Source: Okamejei kenojei (lineage: Eukaryota). Taken from it: 64,000 nt of DNA. The notes beneath the pieces were generated by a model, which saw only the letters and a list, made by a program, of their open reading frames with translations, did no database searches and had not been told where the DNA came from. Position numbers and translations under genes: made by a program. The stretch is from assembly GCA_035221665.1 (NCBI GenBank), contig CM069160.1, positions 34,534,001 through 34,598,000 on the forward strand, in the 5' to 3' direction. Shown here piece after piece: positions 63,432 to 64,000 of this stretch. Positions within the stretch are counted from its first letter, which is position 1; the number at the start of each line of letters is the position of its first letter.

Positions 63432-63968
63432 CTTTAGTTTACTTTATCTGCTGCCCTAGGTATATAGACCTGAGACGTCACACATTCATTATCTTCAGCG
63501 ATGCTGCCTGTCCCTCTGAGTTACTCCAGCATTTTGTGTCTGCCCTAGTTATATGGTTTACCAGGAGTCTGGTCCCAGCCGGGTTCAAGTGGAGTCTGGT
63601 CCCAGCCGGGTTCAAGTGGAGTCCGTCCCGTCGGAACAGTTCCCTCCTTCCCCAATACTGGGGCCAATGTCCCACAGATTCAAATCCACATCTTCCACAT
63701 CAGTCTTTGATCCACGCCTTCAACTCTCCACTCCTCTCAACTCTGTGCCAATTAACTCGGCTCAAGTAGCAATCCAGAGATTATTACCTTCTTGGTTCTG
63801 CTGTACAATTTGGTATCTAGCTGTTCGAATTCAGGATTGAACCCAGGTCCCTGGAGCTGTGAAGAGCTGCGTCACTGTGCCCCGCTCTCTGCTTCTTGCT
63901 CCCGCTGTCATTATTTTATTTCCAATTTCAGTTGCAGTGAAAATGTGAAATATTTCTGTTTTGTGCAG

Positions 63969-63995
63969 GATACGAGGATGTGGAATGATATTATG
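63969..63995 (+). CDS. Gene C cytoplasmic micro-exon 2 (GYEDVE*YY), in-frame stop
   Basis: ttttgtgcag / gtaag, 27 nt; paralog of 26603-26629; TGA at 63986-63988. Confidence 0.8.
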
Positions 63996-64000
63996 GTAAG

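Overview
Repeat-rich vertebrate genomic DNA, most likely a cartilaginous fish such as a skate (inferred from the dominance of CR1 LINEs and HE1/V-SINE-type SINEs; the species cannot be fixed from sequence alone). It holds a tandem cluster of three spliced butyrophilin-like (BTN/BTNL, B7-family) genes whose phase-1 exons were reconstructed by hand. Gene A is on the minus strand (leader 12278-12335, IgV, IgC, TM, cytoplasmic micro-exon) and runs off the left edge. Gene B is on the plus strand (17442-27880), with a disrupted IgV and a heavily decayed B30.2 exon. Gene C is on the plus strand (CpG-island/ISRE promoter near 31.4 kb, leader 33821, two ~98% identical IgV exons flanking a broken IgC, then IgC, TM and micro-exons, the last carrying an in-frame TGA at the window end). 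Introns contain nested CR1 LINEs, Penelope-like elements (one a 1.6-kb palindrome), a complete DIRS1-type tyrosine-recombinase retrotransposon, a hAT-type element, and L1, Rex1-like and SINE fragments. The most notable non-obvious signals are: (i) a 137-bp TSD-flanked retro-insertion whose 5' end folds as a minimal HDV/CPEB3-like ribozyme; (ii) minimal hammerhead-ribozyme cores in the abundant Penelope-derived repeat; (iii) a possible V-V-C butyrophilin; and (iv) B30.2 loss leaving tyrosine-motif tails. There are two assembly gaps, and some lesions may be sequencing errors.
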